From Polyangiaceae bacterium (GTDB lineage Bacteria; Myxococcota_A; Polyangia; Polyangiales; Polyangiaceae): a DNA stretch of 23,580 nucleotides. Both the position numbers and the translations under genes were made by a program. Below the pieces are notes generated by a model that saw nothing but the letters and a program-made list of their open reading frames with translations, did no database searches and was not told the DNA's origin. Below, in pieces: positions 23,343 through 23,580 of the stretch. Position 1 is the first letter of the stretch. Each line of letters begins with the position of its first letter. The stretch is taken from contig JBGANF010000122.1 in the NCBI GenBank assembly GCA_044222475.1, positions 1 to 23,580 on the forward strand. Reading direction: 5' to 3'.

Positions 23343-23580
23343 CGAGCGCATTCGACCTCCACCTTGCACGCGCCATCGCAGCAAAAGGTTCCGTCGGGGC
23401 ACCCGACCGAAAGCAGTCCGCACTGACAGATCTGCTTGTCGCCGTACGTGTTGCACTTCCCACGGCAAGCGCCCGCTTCGCAGCACTCGAAATCGCCCCA
23501 CGGTGCGGCGACCCCGCACTCGGTCATCGCGTCGCGCGGCAACCGGCGATCCGGCTCCCGGTCCAACAGCACGTCCTTCG
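23339..23580 (-). CDS. 3' end of a paralogous 12-Cys-domain protein, truncated by the window edge
   Basis: Frame open to the edge. Same Cys pattern as 22908..23342. Its stop overlaps the next start. Confidence 0.65.
   Translation of the reverse strand, partial: KDVLLDREPDRRLPRDAMTECGVAAPWGDFECCEAGACRGKCNTYGDKQICQCGLLSVGCPDGTFCCDGACKVEVECAR

Overview
High-GC bacterial DNA, very likely Myxococcota (Polyangiaceae-like). This is inferred from a MYXO-CTERM sorting signal, many Cys-rich lipoproteins, a eukaryotic-like Ser/Thr kinase and an ECF sigma/anti-sigma triad. About 25 densely packed genes: a 5'-truncated HUH/Y1 (RAYT-like) transposase, a kinase with Sel1-like repeats, an operon of two paralogous lipoproteins plus an M48 peptidase and chaC, an LPG-synthase-type membrane protein, a TPR protein, a class III nucleotide cyclase, further lipoproteins, a BNR-repeat lipoprotein / beta-barrel / ECF sigma / anti-sigma / HExxH membrane peptidase cluster, a large Gly-rich and Cys-repeat surface protein, and a compositionally different right end (HNH-like gene, tandem 12-Cys proteins). 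Best new observations: (1) a bipartite motif TT(C/G)A(T/G)A-N17-CCAC with identical spacing just upstream of the ECF sigma gene and two lipoprotein units, suggesting a local ECF regulon tied to a trans-envelope signalling module; (2) a ~400-bp non-coding stretch (21674-22079) packed with strong hairpins; (3) repeated apparently leaderless -10 promoters; (4) three separate tandem paralogue pairs of uncharacterised exported proteins. No rRNA, tRNA or CRISPR array was seen. All family assignments come from motifs read by eye, not database searches.
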